Shown here: in pieces, positions 23,972 to 31,950 of the stretch
Numbering within the stretch: position 1 is the stretch's first letter
Layout: the number at the start of each line of letters is the position of its first letter
DNA from: Candidatus Kuenenbacteria bacterium
GTDB taxonomy: Bacteria > Patescibacteriota > Patescibacteriia > UBA2196 > GWA2-42-15
Direction: 5' to 3'
Assembly: GCA_012798565.1 (NCBI GenBank)
Contig: JAAZMX010000040.1
Coordinates: 1-47,393 of the forward strand
Length of the DNA: 47,393 bases
Notes under the pieces: model-generated
Told to the model about the DNA's origin: nothing
The model's input: the letters and a program-made list of their open reading frames with translations, nothing else
Databases searched by the model: none
Position numbers and translations under genes: made by a program

Positions 23972-25192
23972 CTATATAATATTCAATTTATTTATTTCCT
24001 CTCCAAAATTTTCCTTGGCCAGCTTCAGCGCTCTTTTCATCTCCGCCGGCGTACCCACGCATTCAAACGGCTTGATATTTTTTTGGCCCAGCAATTCTTG
24101 AAAGAGTGGTTTTAGTTTCCGGTCAGCATACAGGTTTTTGTTAAAAATATCAAGTAGCTGTTTTTTTTGTAAATGAGCCGAGAGCATCGTCCAGACAAAA
24201 ACGCACTTGGCGCATTCGCCGCACCACTTGCTTTGGGCTTTGGCTGTAAATCTGAAATTTTTATTGCAGGAAGAAAATTTATAAAAATACTGGGGATAAT
24301 GAACAAACATGCCGGCGATTTGCAGTTCGTTAAATTTTCTGAGCTCGCTATAATACCTGATACTCGGGGTGATAAATTTTCGCGCGTAAGCTTGAAACAT
24401 TTTTTCAAATTCTAAAGATTTACTCCACTGGTGATTGATTATTGTACCGCGATATTTGACATTGCCATAATTGGCGCTCTTTTCATTGCCGAGCGCTATT
24501 TCCTTATCCTCATTAATAATCGCCACGGCCAAAGTCAAAAATGCCAGATAGGCGGAAAAGGGGATATGGCCGTTGTAGACACCTTTTTTCTGGTTGAGTG
24601 CTATTAACTCCGGCGCGATTTGCCGCCGGACAGCGATCAGTTTTTCACCGCTAACCTGGGCTGTGTCAATGATAATCTGGTTAGTTTTTTGTTGATTAGT
24701 TAAGTTAAACAAACTAATTTTTTTGCCGCGTGCTTTCAATCTCTCTGCCACGACAATAGAATCTTTACCCCCGCCGATTGGCACCAAAGATTCATTCCGC
24801 GCTTTAATCTTAATAGCCTTTACTTTGTGATTTTTGTCATAGGGAAAATTCACCAAGCCGCGAAAATCGAGTTTATTTTGATAAAAGAATTCTCCCAGAC
24901 CTTTGGTATAAACCTTATCCCAAAAAGTCGCTTGTTCTTTGTTTAGTTTATATTTACCCAAATCAATTACTCGTGGGCAATAAGCTTTATAATAACTGAT
25001 ACCCGCCATTAAAAATAAATTAAATAGCGCCGAATCCAAAGCAGCCCACTGGTTTTTGCTTAATTTATTTTTGACCGCCGGCAAGACCAGTTTCTCCCGA
25101 AGGCGATGTTCGCCACTGGCATAATCAAACAACGCAACCCCAGTCTTGGGGTTGAATTGATATTTTTTAAATTGAAAAGTCTTTTCTGTCAT
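23972..25192 (-). CDS. PP-loop (adenine-nucleotide alpha-hydrolase superfamily) protein with a C-terminal Cys cluster; candidate MurL-like epimerase
   Basis: PIGGGKDSIVVAERL resembles the SGGxDS PP-loop. The C-terminal SSCNKN...WCGECAKC is a QueC-like cysteine cluster. The gene lies one small ORF away from murD. Confidence 0.5.
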   Translation of the reverse strand: MTEKTFQFKKYQFNPKTGVALFDYASGEHRLREKLVLPAVKNKLSKNQWAALDSALFNLFLMAGISYYKAYCPRVIDLGKYKLNKEQATFWDKVYTKGLGEFFYQNKLDFRGLVNFPYDKNHKVKAIKIKARNESLVPIGGGKDSIVVAERLKARGKKISLFNLTNQQKTNQIIIDTAQVSGEKLIAVRRQIAPELIALNQKKGVYNGHIPFSAYLAFLTLAVAIINEDKEIALGNEKSANYGNVKYRGTIINHQWSKSLEFEKMFQAYARKFITPSIRYYSELRKFNELQIAGMFVHYPQYFYKFSSCNKNFRFTAKAQSKWCGECAKCVFVWTMLSAHLQKKQLLDIFNKNLYADRKLKPLFQELLGQKNIKPFECVGTPAEMKRALKLAKENFGEEINKLNII

Positions 25193-25203
25193 GAGGTTAT
25201 TTT

Positions 25204-25989
25204 TTATTTCAAAAGTTTCAAAAGTTGGGAATGTATTTTGCCATTGGTCACCACGATATGGCTGGCATCATGCCCATGAAACTTGCCATCCAAGCCGGTT
25301 ATTTTTGCCCCCGCTTCCTTGGCGATCGCCAGTCCAGCGCCGATATCTTTTATTGGCTGCCGGCCTGTCAGATCTAGATAAGCGTCCAGATGACCCTGAG
25401 CCAAAAAACACAGAGACAACGAGCCAGAACCCAAAACTCGGAAACGATAAAAATTATTAGCAATAGCGTTCAATCGTCTCAGAGCATTGGCTCTCTCTCT
25501 TTCATTCAGTTGGTTGAATTTAGTGGCATCAATACTCGCCATTGCCTCTGCCAAGCTCTTGATATTGGCCACCCGAATCCTTTTTTTATTCATAAATGAT
25601 CCCCCGCCTATTTCCGCCCGCCATAGATCGTCTGTGCCGGGATTATATACCACGCCGAGCATTGGCTGGCCCTTGCGCCACAAGCCGATGGAAACAGTGA
25701 AAAGTTTTATACCTGCCACAAAATATTTGGTGCCATCAATCGGGTCGATCATCCAGGTATACTCCGAGCCCTTATCTATATTTTCTCCTTCTTCTCTGAT
25801 GATATTATGGCCGGGAAACTTTTTTTGGATCGCCGCTACGATCAACTCTTCCACTTCAATATCCACATTGGTAGTGATATCGCGCAAATTTTGGGAGCTC
25901 GTCATTTTTTGTATGTGATTCATCCCCGCGATCGCTTTTTTGCCCGCTTTCCTGGCCAGATCAATTGTAAAACGCAATTCTTTTGTCAT
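25204..25989 (-). CDS. Inositol monophosphatase / FBPase-family phosphatase
   Basis: WMIDPIDGTKYF and IIREEGE... metal-binding motifs. Confidence 0.85.
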   Translation of the reverse strand: MTKELRFTIDLARKAGKKAIAGMNHIQKMTSSQNLRDITTNVDIEVEELIVAAIQKKFPGHNIIREEGENIDKGSEYTWMIDPIDGTKYFVAGIKLFTVSIGLWRKGQPMLGVVYNPGTDDLWRAEIGGGSFMNKKRIRVANIKSLAEAMASIDATKFNQLNERERANALRRLNAIANNFYRFRVLGSGSLSLCFLAQGHLDAYLDLTGRQPIKDIGAGLAIAKEAGAKITGLDGKFHGHDASHIVVTNGKIHSQLLKLLK

Positions 25990-26000
25990 ATGATCAAAAT

Positions 26001-27428
26001 TTATTCTGGCTGTTTGACGCCGCTGTCATTGACATACTGGCAGCCAGTTTCTTTCAATAAATTGATGAGCTCATTTTGTTTCTCGATCAATAGTTTCACC
26101 TCATTGGCCTCGGCCGTAAAACGGATCACGGGGTCGTTGGCCGAGGGACGAATGTTGAAATTCCAATCAGGATATTTGACGGTCAGGGTGTCAAAATCAG
26201 AAACCTCGCCATCAGCGTATTTTTCCCGCACTTTGTCCAACACCTCATTCATCGCCTGGATCGCTTCCGGGGTCAGATCATCAGTCGCCGCAAAACCCGG
26301 CAAAGAAAAATTCCACTCTCCGCTCACTGGATATTTTTTTCTAGGCTCCTTGGTTAATTCTTCCAGGGTCTTGCCGGTTTCCGACATTATTTGCAATATC
26401 TGGATGAACGCAATCAGGCTGTTCTCCACATAGTAATCGCCAAAACTATAATAAACATGTCCTGATGATTCTCCGGCAAAGATTGCGTTGTCTCGACGCA
26501 TGCCCTTTTTGATAAAAGCGTGCCCGACCAATTCCAATTTTGGTACGCCGCCGGCGGCCTTGACTTTCATCTCTTGATAACGATAGGCTCGGATATCATA
26601 GAGCACCACCCGTCCGGGATTATTTTTGAGCATTCTCTCAGCAATGAGGGCGTTGAGATAGACGCCAAAAATGTAATCGCCATTACCATCGACAAAATAC
26701 ACCCTATCCGCGTCGCCATCAAAGGCCATACCCAGATCGGCCTTGGTTTCTTTGACTTTCGCCACCAACTGGCGGCGGTTTTCTTCCAAAAAAGGATTTG
26801 GTTGGTGTCCGGGGAAATATCCGTCTAATTCCCAATTCAATTTGATGATTTCTACCTGCGGCAAATGTTTCGCGATTTTATCTATTTCGATCGCTCCGAC
26901 TGAATTGGAAGCATCAATGACTATTTTCATCGGTCGGATATCTTTGAGCTCGGTGAATTTTAAAACTGTCTCGATAAAGTCCGGCCAAATATCTCGCTGT
27001 TCCAAAGTTCCGATCTGCTCCGCCACCGGCTGATCCTGGTAATTTAGAAAATCATTCTTTAATTCTTCCATCCCACACCCCGCGCCAAATGGTCGCGCGC
27101 CCGGCCCTAGGATTTTGATCCCGCTTAGGTGTCCGGCCGAATGAGACGCCGTCACCTCGAGACCCAGATCATAGCCCAGATGTCCGACGCAAAAATATAC
27201 CACATCGGTGCCAGCATGACCAATATCCGTCACGTTGACGCCGGAATCCCTGGCGCCCCTGATCAGAGCCTGTTGAATTTTTGGGCTGGCGAGACTCACA
27301 TCTCGGCCGATCACCATCGTTTTGACATTAAATGTCTTGACCAATATTCGGACGATCTTGTAGGCTTTTTCATCGTCAATATCTTTGCCGTATTCGCCCC
27401 GAATATCATAAGCGCGGAAAATTTCCAT
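26001..27428 (-). CDS. Phosphomannomutase/phosphoglucomutase (alpha-D-phosphohexomutase)
   Basis: TASHSAGHLSGIK active-site loop variant, the GMAFDGDADR metal-binding loop and GESSGH. Confidence 0.85.
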   Translation of the reverse strand: MEIFRAYDIRGEYGKDIDDEKAYKIVRILVKTFNVKTMVIGRDVSLASPKIQQALIRGARDSGVNVTDIGHAGTDVVYFCVGHLGYDLGLEVTASHSAGHLSGIKILGPGARPFGAGCGMEELKNDFLNYQDQPVAEQIGTLEQRDIWPDFIETVLKFTELKDIRPMKIVIDASNSVGAIEIDKIAKHLPQVEIIKLNWELDGYFPGHQPNPFLEENRRQLVAKVKETKADLGMAFDGDADRVYFVDGNGDYIFGVYLNALIAERMLKNNPGRVVLYDIRAYRYQEMKVKAAGGVPKLELVGHAFIKKGMRRDNAIFAGESSGHVYYSFGDYYVENSLIAFIQILQIMSETGKTLEELTKEPRKKYPVSGEWNFSLPGFAATDDLTPEAIQAMNEVLDKVREKYADGEVSDFDTLTVKYPDWNFNIRPSANDPVIRFTAEANEVKLLIEKQNELINLLKETGCQYVNDSGVKQPE

Positions 27429-27433
27429 ATCTA

Positions 27434-28852
27434 TTATCTGTTTAGTTTGTCAAAAATGATTTCCCCTTCCAAAATCATTCTCTTTACCAGCCTCCGGTCG
27501 TCGCCATTGGCGATGATCCGAAACACCCCGGGTTCGGTTTTGGAACCGCGAAAGAATAGCCAATTGTTTTGATTAAATAATATTTTGATACCGCTGTCCA
27601 CTCCTGGGGCGCTCTGAATTTTACGCCCTCTTTTTTTATAATACTCCCGAATCCTAGTTTTTAAAAGTCCGCTTTTGTCCCGCCTCGCCGTGACGATTTT
27701 TCGCTCCTCAAAAAACAGGGGATAGCCGGCGATTATTTCTTCCAATGTCTGTTTTCTTTCCGCCATCAGTTTCAAAACCAAAACCGCATTTAGAAGACCA
27801 TCACGACACTTGCCCGGTGCCACGATCACTCCGCCGTTGCTGCCTTCCCCGCCAACCAGGCTTTTTTGTTTTTCCATCTCCGCCACCACATTTGTTTCGC
27901 CGACATCTACTTCCTTGATCCTCGCCCCATACTTTTTGGTCACTTGATAAATCAAATGTGCTGTCGGCAGATTAATCACTATTGTCTCCTTCGGCCCAAG
28001 AGCGTCAATCGCCAGAGCCAGTGCTTCGTGTCCGTTGATCATATTGCCGCGTTCCTTGGCTATCTGACTCTCGCTTTTAATTAGCATCTCGGCTCGATCC
28101 GCATCACAGTCGAGACCCACGCCGAAATCCGCTTGTTCCTTGTTAATTACTGGAGTCAAATAAGCCAGTGTTTCTTTGTTCGGCACCACCAATCTCTTGA
28201 ACTGTCCGGGCCTCATATTCACGCCGACCATTTTCACCCCCAGTCTTTTGCAAAGCTTATCCGCTATTACCCCCCCGGCCCCGCCATTGGGATCAACCAG
28301 AATTTTATATTTTCCTTGTTTAATTTGTTGGGTTGCTTTTAGCCCGATGGTTTTCAAAATAAATTGAACATATTTATTTTTCAAATCTTCCGTTCGATTT
28401 ATTATCTTGCCGGGCTTTTTATTACCCCCAACATTTAGATTGCCGGCGCGCGCCAGTCTGATTACTATATCCGCTTGCTTTACCCCCAGAATCGCCCCGC
28501 TCGCTTGTAAAAGTTTCCAGCCGTTGTATTCCGGTTCGTTATGTGAGGCCGTGACTATTACCCCGCCTGTCGCCCGATACTCTCTGACCGCCAATTCAAT
28601 CATCGGCGTAGTCGCCACTCCGACATCAATCACCACAAATCCCAAACCGCGCCATTCCGCAATAAATATTCTTTTTAATATCCCGGTTGATTTTCTCGTG
28701 TCCCCGCCGACCACCACCCGGACTTTTCCTCTAAATTTATTTATCAAAAAAATGCCATAGGCTCTGGCATAATTTTGGGCTACTTCTTTGGTCAAGCTCG
28801 CTCCGTAAATACCGCGAATACCGGAAAGGGTTTCTACTAAAGTATCGTTCAT
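27434..28852 (-). CDS. Second alpha-D-phosphohexomutase (GlmM/PGM-like)
   Basis: VTASHNEPEYNGWK active-site loop, GVGLDCDADR and GGEGSNG. Confidence 0.8.
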   Translation of the reverse strand: MNDTLVETLSGIRGIYGASLTKEVAQNYARAYGIFLINKFRGKVRVVVGGDTRKSTGILKRIFIAEWRGLGFVVIDVGVATTPMIELAVREYRATGGVIVTASHNEPEYNGWKLLQASGAILGVKQADIVIRLARAGNLNVGGNKKPGKIINRTEDLKNKYVQFILKTIGLKATQQIKQGKYKILVDPNGGAGGVIADKLCKRLGVKMVGVNMRPGQFKRLVVPNKETLAYLTPVINKEQADFGVGLDCDADRAEMLIKSESQIAKERGNMINGHEALALAIDALGPKETIVINLPTAHLIYQVTKKYGARIKEVDVGETNVVAEMEKQKSLVGGEGSNGGVIVAPGKCRDGLLNAVLVLKLMAERKQTLEEIIAGYPLFFEERKIVTARRDKSGLLKTRIREYYKKRGRKIQSAPGVDSGIKILFNQNNWLFFRGSKTEPGVFRIIANGDDRRLVKRMILEGEIIFDKLNR

Positions 28853-28868
28853 AGATTAGAGAAATAAA

Positions 28869-28940
28869 AGGTGTAGGCGGGAATCGAACCCGCGAATAAC
28901 GGTTTTGCAGACCGTTGCCTTACCGCTTGGCTACTACACC
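28869..28940 (-). tRNA. tRNA-Cys (anticodon GCA), CCA not encoded
   Basis: The reverse complement folds as GGTGTAG TA GCCA AGCGGTAA GGCA A CGGT(C) CTGCAAA ACCG ... GCGGG TTCGATT CCCGC CTACACC T. Confidence 0.9.
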
Positions 28941-28977
28941 ACTTCCATTTAATTTAATTTGGCGCTTGGCTTTAGCT

Positions 28978-29002
28978 GGTTCAATCGTCCTTCGATTGAA
29001 CC
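28978..29002. repeat. GGTTCA...TGAACC REP-like hairpin
   Basis: GGTTCAATCG-TCCTT-CGATTGAACC, a perfect 10-bp stem. It shares the GGTTCAA/TTGAACC core with 2327-2348, 35002-35024 and 35104-35126. Confidence 0.5.
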
Positions 29003-29176
29003 TAGATTTTATTTAATGGTCGCAAATTTTTATCCGTACCCAGTTCGGCCTCTGGAGCATTCCTTCTCGTCTAGCCGTTTACTTGGAGTATTTACTTTTC
29101 TTTTGTAAAAGAAAAGCTAACAAAAGAAAACTAGCTCGCATGGAGCTCAAAGGAAAATCTCTGCCTCCGTTCGCTT

Positions 29177-29228
29177 GAAAATTGTAGGGTACCCAGCTCA
29201 CACAAGATTTCCGCCCCCTACAATTTTC
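29177..29228. repeat. 13-bp perfect hairpin with GTAGGG/CCCTAC ends
   Basis: GAAAATTGTAGGG (29177-29189) pairs with CCCTACAATTTTC (29216-29228) across a 26-nt loop. Confidence 0.5.
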
Positions 29229-29325
29229 TAAGCCTCACTTTGGCTAGATTTTCTCTTTGTCACTCCAGATGCTCGCAGGGGCGCTGACTCGGTAATTCTT
29301 ATTTTTCTGTGAAAGATGGCCCTAA

Positions 29326-29778
29326 TTATTTGTACAAATTCGGCAGTCCGTTTGGATATTTTTCTTTGATAGCTTCTAGATCTTGTTTGGTTGTCTCGGT
29401 CAATCTCAAATTTTCTATCTCTTCCAATCCTAGCCAATCAATCGCTTCGCATTTTTCCAGCTCGCAGATTTTTGCCTCGCCTGATTTTACCCTGCACAGA
29501 AATGTCGGTGAGACCCAATGCTGGCCTTCATCTGGAATTATATGATTACAGACATTCAAGAGTTCCACCGCTTCAATGATCAAGTCAAATTCTTCTTTTA
29601 TTTCTCGCGCCAAGGCATCTTCCACCCGCTCGCCAAATCTGACCCCGCCACCAGGGAAATCCCATTTGCCGGCCCCATTTCTGGCTTTGAGTCCGCGTTT
29701 GTTGAGAAAAATTTTTCCCTCCGGATTTACAATTACCGCCCCGACACCCACGCCAATATAGTCAACACCTTTTTGCAT
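29326..29778 (-). CDS. NUDIX hydrolase
   Basis: Nudix box GGGVRFGERVEDALAREIKEEFDL. Confidence 0.85.
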   Translation of the reverse strand: MQKGVDYIGVGVGAVIVNPEGKIFLNKRGLKARNGAGKWDFPGGGVRFGERVEDALAREIKEEFDLIIEAVELLNVCNHIIPDEGQHWVSPTFLCRVKSGEAKICELEKCEAIDWLGLEEIENLRLTETTKQDLEAIKEKYPNGLPNLYK

Positions 29779-29844
29779 AAAATTATACTTTTTTAGCTAA
29801 TTTTATCCTACCTTAATTTCCGCCGAAATTCAAGGCTTGATTAT

Positions 29845-29985
29845 CCGCCCCTCCTCAGTTGCGTTTAAGTCTCCCGGTGGGAGACGGAACGGGATAAAGG
29901 GGTGGTGTTGGTAAATATTTCAACACCCCTCCCATTCACAAGACGCACTGCGTCTTATGAACCCCCGTCGTCTGAGGGAAGGCGG
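29845..29985. ncRNA. Candidate structured RNA: closing helix plus three hairpins (cloverleaf-like, ~141 nt); strand unresolved
   Basis: P1 pairs 29845-29858 with 29972-29985. Hairpins: GTCTCCC-GGT-GGGAGAC (29869-29885), GGGGTGGTGTTG...CAACACCCCTCC (29898-29932) and TTCACAAGACGC-ACT-GCGTCTTATGAA (29935-29961). It is GC-rich within an AT-rich spacer. Confidence 0.35.
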
Positions 29986-29994
29986 AATACATTA

Positions 29995-30025
29995 CAAAAC
30001 CCGCCCCGGAATCTTCGGAACGGGC
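29995..30025 (-). terminator. Rho-independent terminator after the PfkB kinase gene
   Basis: On the minus strand: GCCCGTTCCG-AAGATT-CCGGGGCGGG followed by TTTTG. Confidence 0.55.
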
Positions 30026-30032
30026 TTCAAAA

Positions 30033-31016
30033 TTAAATTGCCTTTACCTTAATCTTTTCCAATTCTTTCTCTCTTGGTGGTTTTTTTAAGATTCCATGTT
30101 TGGCCCCCATTTGTGTCACCACACTATTAGAATTAAGCATGCCGAGCTGGAGTGATTTTCTGATGTTGCCCTTGTATAAAATTAATCCGCTGATAAACCC
30201 CGAACCAAAAGCATCGCCCGCACCCGTGGCATTGACCACTTTTTTGTCTAAAATATCTGCCCAGAGTATTTCCGGTCCGTTTTTCACCCAAGCGCCATTT
30301 TTGCCGCCAGTCACCACCACTGCCGCCTTATTGGCCAAACCGCTCAAAGACTCTAAAATTATTTTGATGTCCTTGGTTTTTATCCCGGTCAGTTTTTGCG
30401 CTTCTTTTATATTCAAAAATAAAACATCAGTTGCTCTGAGCATTTTTTTTAGCTTCAAGCTCCCCAACTCCAATTCCGCTCCGCCCGGATTCCAAGCGAT
30501 TTTGATTTTGTTCTTTTTAGCTACGGCAAATAATTGATTTAAAAGTTTTAGATTAGCATTGAGCGAAGTAATAAAGAACCAGTCAGCTTTGAGTTGATTG
30601 ACTTTGGTTGGGTTAAAATCAGCAAAGTCAGAGGCCCCGCGAAAAACCAAGGCTGTGCGCTCGCCATCTTTGTCCAAAAATATCACCGAGTAGCCCGTCT
30701 CTTCTTTTTTGTCAATTGTGATGAGCCTGGTGTCCACCTGGAATTTTTTCATGGTGGCGATTATTTCTTGGCCAGCCAAGTCCGCGCCCACCCTGGCGAG
30801 CAAGCTGGTTTTCACGCCCATATTGGCGAGCGTCGCCGCCACGTTGGTCCCGCCCCCGCCAATATCAAAATACATTTTTTTGATTTTGATTTTGTCGCCC
30901 ACTACCGCCGGATTAAATGGATGGCAGATCTTCGCGCCCTGGCAGGACATATCTTTATTTAAAATAAAAATATCCTTCAAAGCCGAGCCGATTGAAATAA
31001 CCTGGAATTTTTTCAT
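30033..31016 (-). CDS. PfkB-family carbohydrate kinase (ribokinase-like)
   Basis: GGGGTNVA near the N-terminus and the C-terminal NATGAGDAFGSGFISG signature. Confidence 0.85.
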   Translation of the reverse strand: MKKFQVISIGSALKDIFILNKDMSCQGAKICHPFNPAVVGDKIKIKKMYFDIGGGGTNVAATLANMGVKTSLLARVGADLAGQEIIATMKKFQVDTRLITIDKKEETGYSVIFLDKDGERTALVFRGASDFADFNPTKVNQLKADWFFITSLNANLKLLNQLFAVAKKNKIKIAWNPGGAELELGSLKLKKMLRATDVLFLNIKEAQKLTGIKTKDIKIILESLSGLANKAAVVVTGGKNGAWVKNGPEILWADILDKKVVNATGAGDAFGSGFISGLILYKGNIRKSLQLGMLNSNSVVTQMGAKHGILKKPPREKELEKIKVKAI

Positions 31017-31020
31017 AAAG

Positions 31021-31056
31021 TAAGTAAATTAAGCGAGTTAAGTGAATTAAGTAAAT
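31021..31056. repeat. Tandem 9-mer repeat (AAGTNAATT-like x4) in the PfkB leader region
   Basis: AAGTAAATT AAGCGAGTT AAGTGAATT AAGTAAATC, read directly. It resembles the 9-mer array at 5533-5571. Confidence 0.5.
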
Positions 31057-31062
31057 CAAGAT

Positions 31063-31090
31063 AATTATATCTTATTTTGTGGTAAAATCA
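31063..31090 (-). promoter_or_regulatory. Sigma70-like promoter TTGATT-16 nt-TATAAT upstream of the PfkB kinase gene
   Basis: On the minus strand, -35 TTGATT (31085-31090) and -10 TATAAT (31063-31068) with a 16-nt spacer. Confidence 0.45.
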
Positions 31091-31117
31091 AAAAAGCCCG
31101 AGACATCGTTCTTGGGC
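31086..31117 (-). terminator. Rho-independent terminator after the nucleotidyltransferase gene
   Basis: On the minus strand: AGCCCAAGA-ACGATG-TCTCGGGCT followed by TTTTTGATTTT. Confidence 0.55.
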
Positions 31118-31149
31118 TTTTATCATCCAACAATTTAACAATATAGAGT

Positions 31150-31893
31150 TTAGCAATTCAAATACTCTTCCATCTTTTTCACGTCATCCGGATTAGTGAA
31201 ACTTTTCCACTTGCCAGTCACGGGAATAACCCTTACTTTCTTTTCTTTAGCCAAAAGACTCACTGCGTCAGTCAATTCATATTCACCTCGGGGGGACAGC
31301 CCGATATTTTTTATGGCTGTAAAAATTTCCGGTGTGAATTTGTACATCCCAATGTTCACCGTATAATCCTTTGGTCGGCTGGCATCAAAATCAATATCCG
31401 GTTTTGGTTTTTCAATAATTCTGTCCAGAAAATTATCACCGTCAGTTTTCAATAAGCCATAAGGCGATGGATCATCAACCACCATGCCGCCGGCATAGTT
31501 AAAATTATCGTCCAGCTCTCGCATTCTTTTTAAATCTTCTTTCGCGTACAAATCATCGCCATTGATCACCACAAAGTTTTCTTGTCCCACCGCACTTTCT
31601 GCCGCCGCGACAGGCATGGCCGTGCCATATTTTTCCGTGCCCATTTTTTCAAACTGATCGACCAGCTGCAAATTAAATTGCTCGGCATAATCTCTAGCAA
31701 ATTCTGCCATTTTTTCTCTCTTGTGTCCGACTACCAAGATGATTTCCGCAAATCCGGCCGCCTGGATATTTTTGAGTGAATAATATAAAAAAGGACGGTC
31801 TTTCACGTCGATTAAATGTTTCGGTTTGTCCGCCGAGAGCTCGAGCATTCGTGTGCCCTTGCCCGCGGCCATGACGACAATTTTGTTGATCAT
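31150..31893 (-). CDS. Sugar-1-phosphate nucleotidyltransferase (NTP_transferase family)
   Basis: VVMAAGKGTRM...KPKHLI N-terminal signature. 247 aa. Confidence 0.85.
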   Translation of the reverse strand: MINKIVVMAAGKGTRMLELSADKPKHLIDVKDRPFLYYSLKNIQAAGFAEIILVVGHKREKMAEFARDYAEQFNLQLVDQFEKMGTEKYGTAMPVAAAESAVGQENFVVINGDDLYAKEDLKRMRELDDNFNYAGGMVVDDPSPYGLLKTDGDNFLDRIIEKPKPDIDFDASRPKDYTVNIGMYKFTPEIFTAIKNIGLSPRGEYELTDAVSLLAKEKKVRVIPVTGKWKSFTNPDDVKKMEEYLNC

Positions 31894-31950
31894 AAATTTT
31901 TTCGAACCCGTTAGCCCGTTAACGCGTTAACGCGCTAACGGGTTAATCTA

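Noticed and set aside
25807-26433. 208-aa plus-strand ORF spanning the IMPase/phosphomannomutase junction
   Set aside because: It is entirely antisense to two well-supported genes with clear family motifs, and it shows no motif of its own.
28941-29325. RNase P RNA, tmRNA or SRP RNA in the ORF-poor spacer upstream of tRNA-Cys (also considered for 29845-29985 and 3141-3300)
   Set aside because: I found none of the universal signatures on either strand: GGAAAGUCCGGGC-type CR-I for RNase P, a tRNA-like 3' end plus tag ORF for tmRNA, or the GGAA-tetraloop/AGCA domain IV for SRP RNA. The identity of these regions stays open, and a covariance-model scan is needed.
29228-29437. 69-aa minus-strand ORF overlapping the 3' end of the NUDIX gene
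   Set aside because: It overlaps the NUDIX coding sequence out of frame and extends into hairpin-rich spacer. It has no start context or motif.
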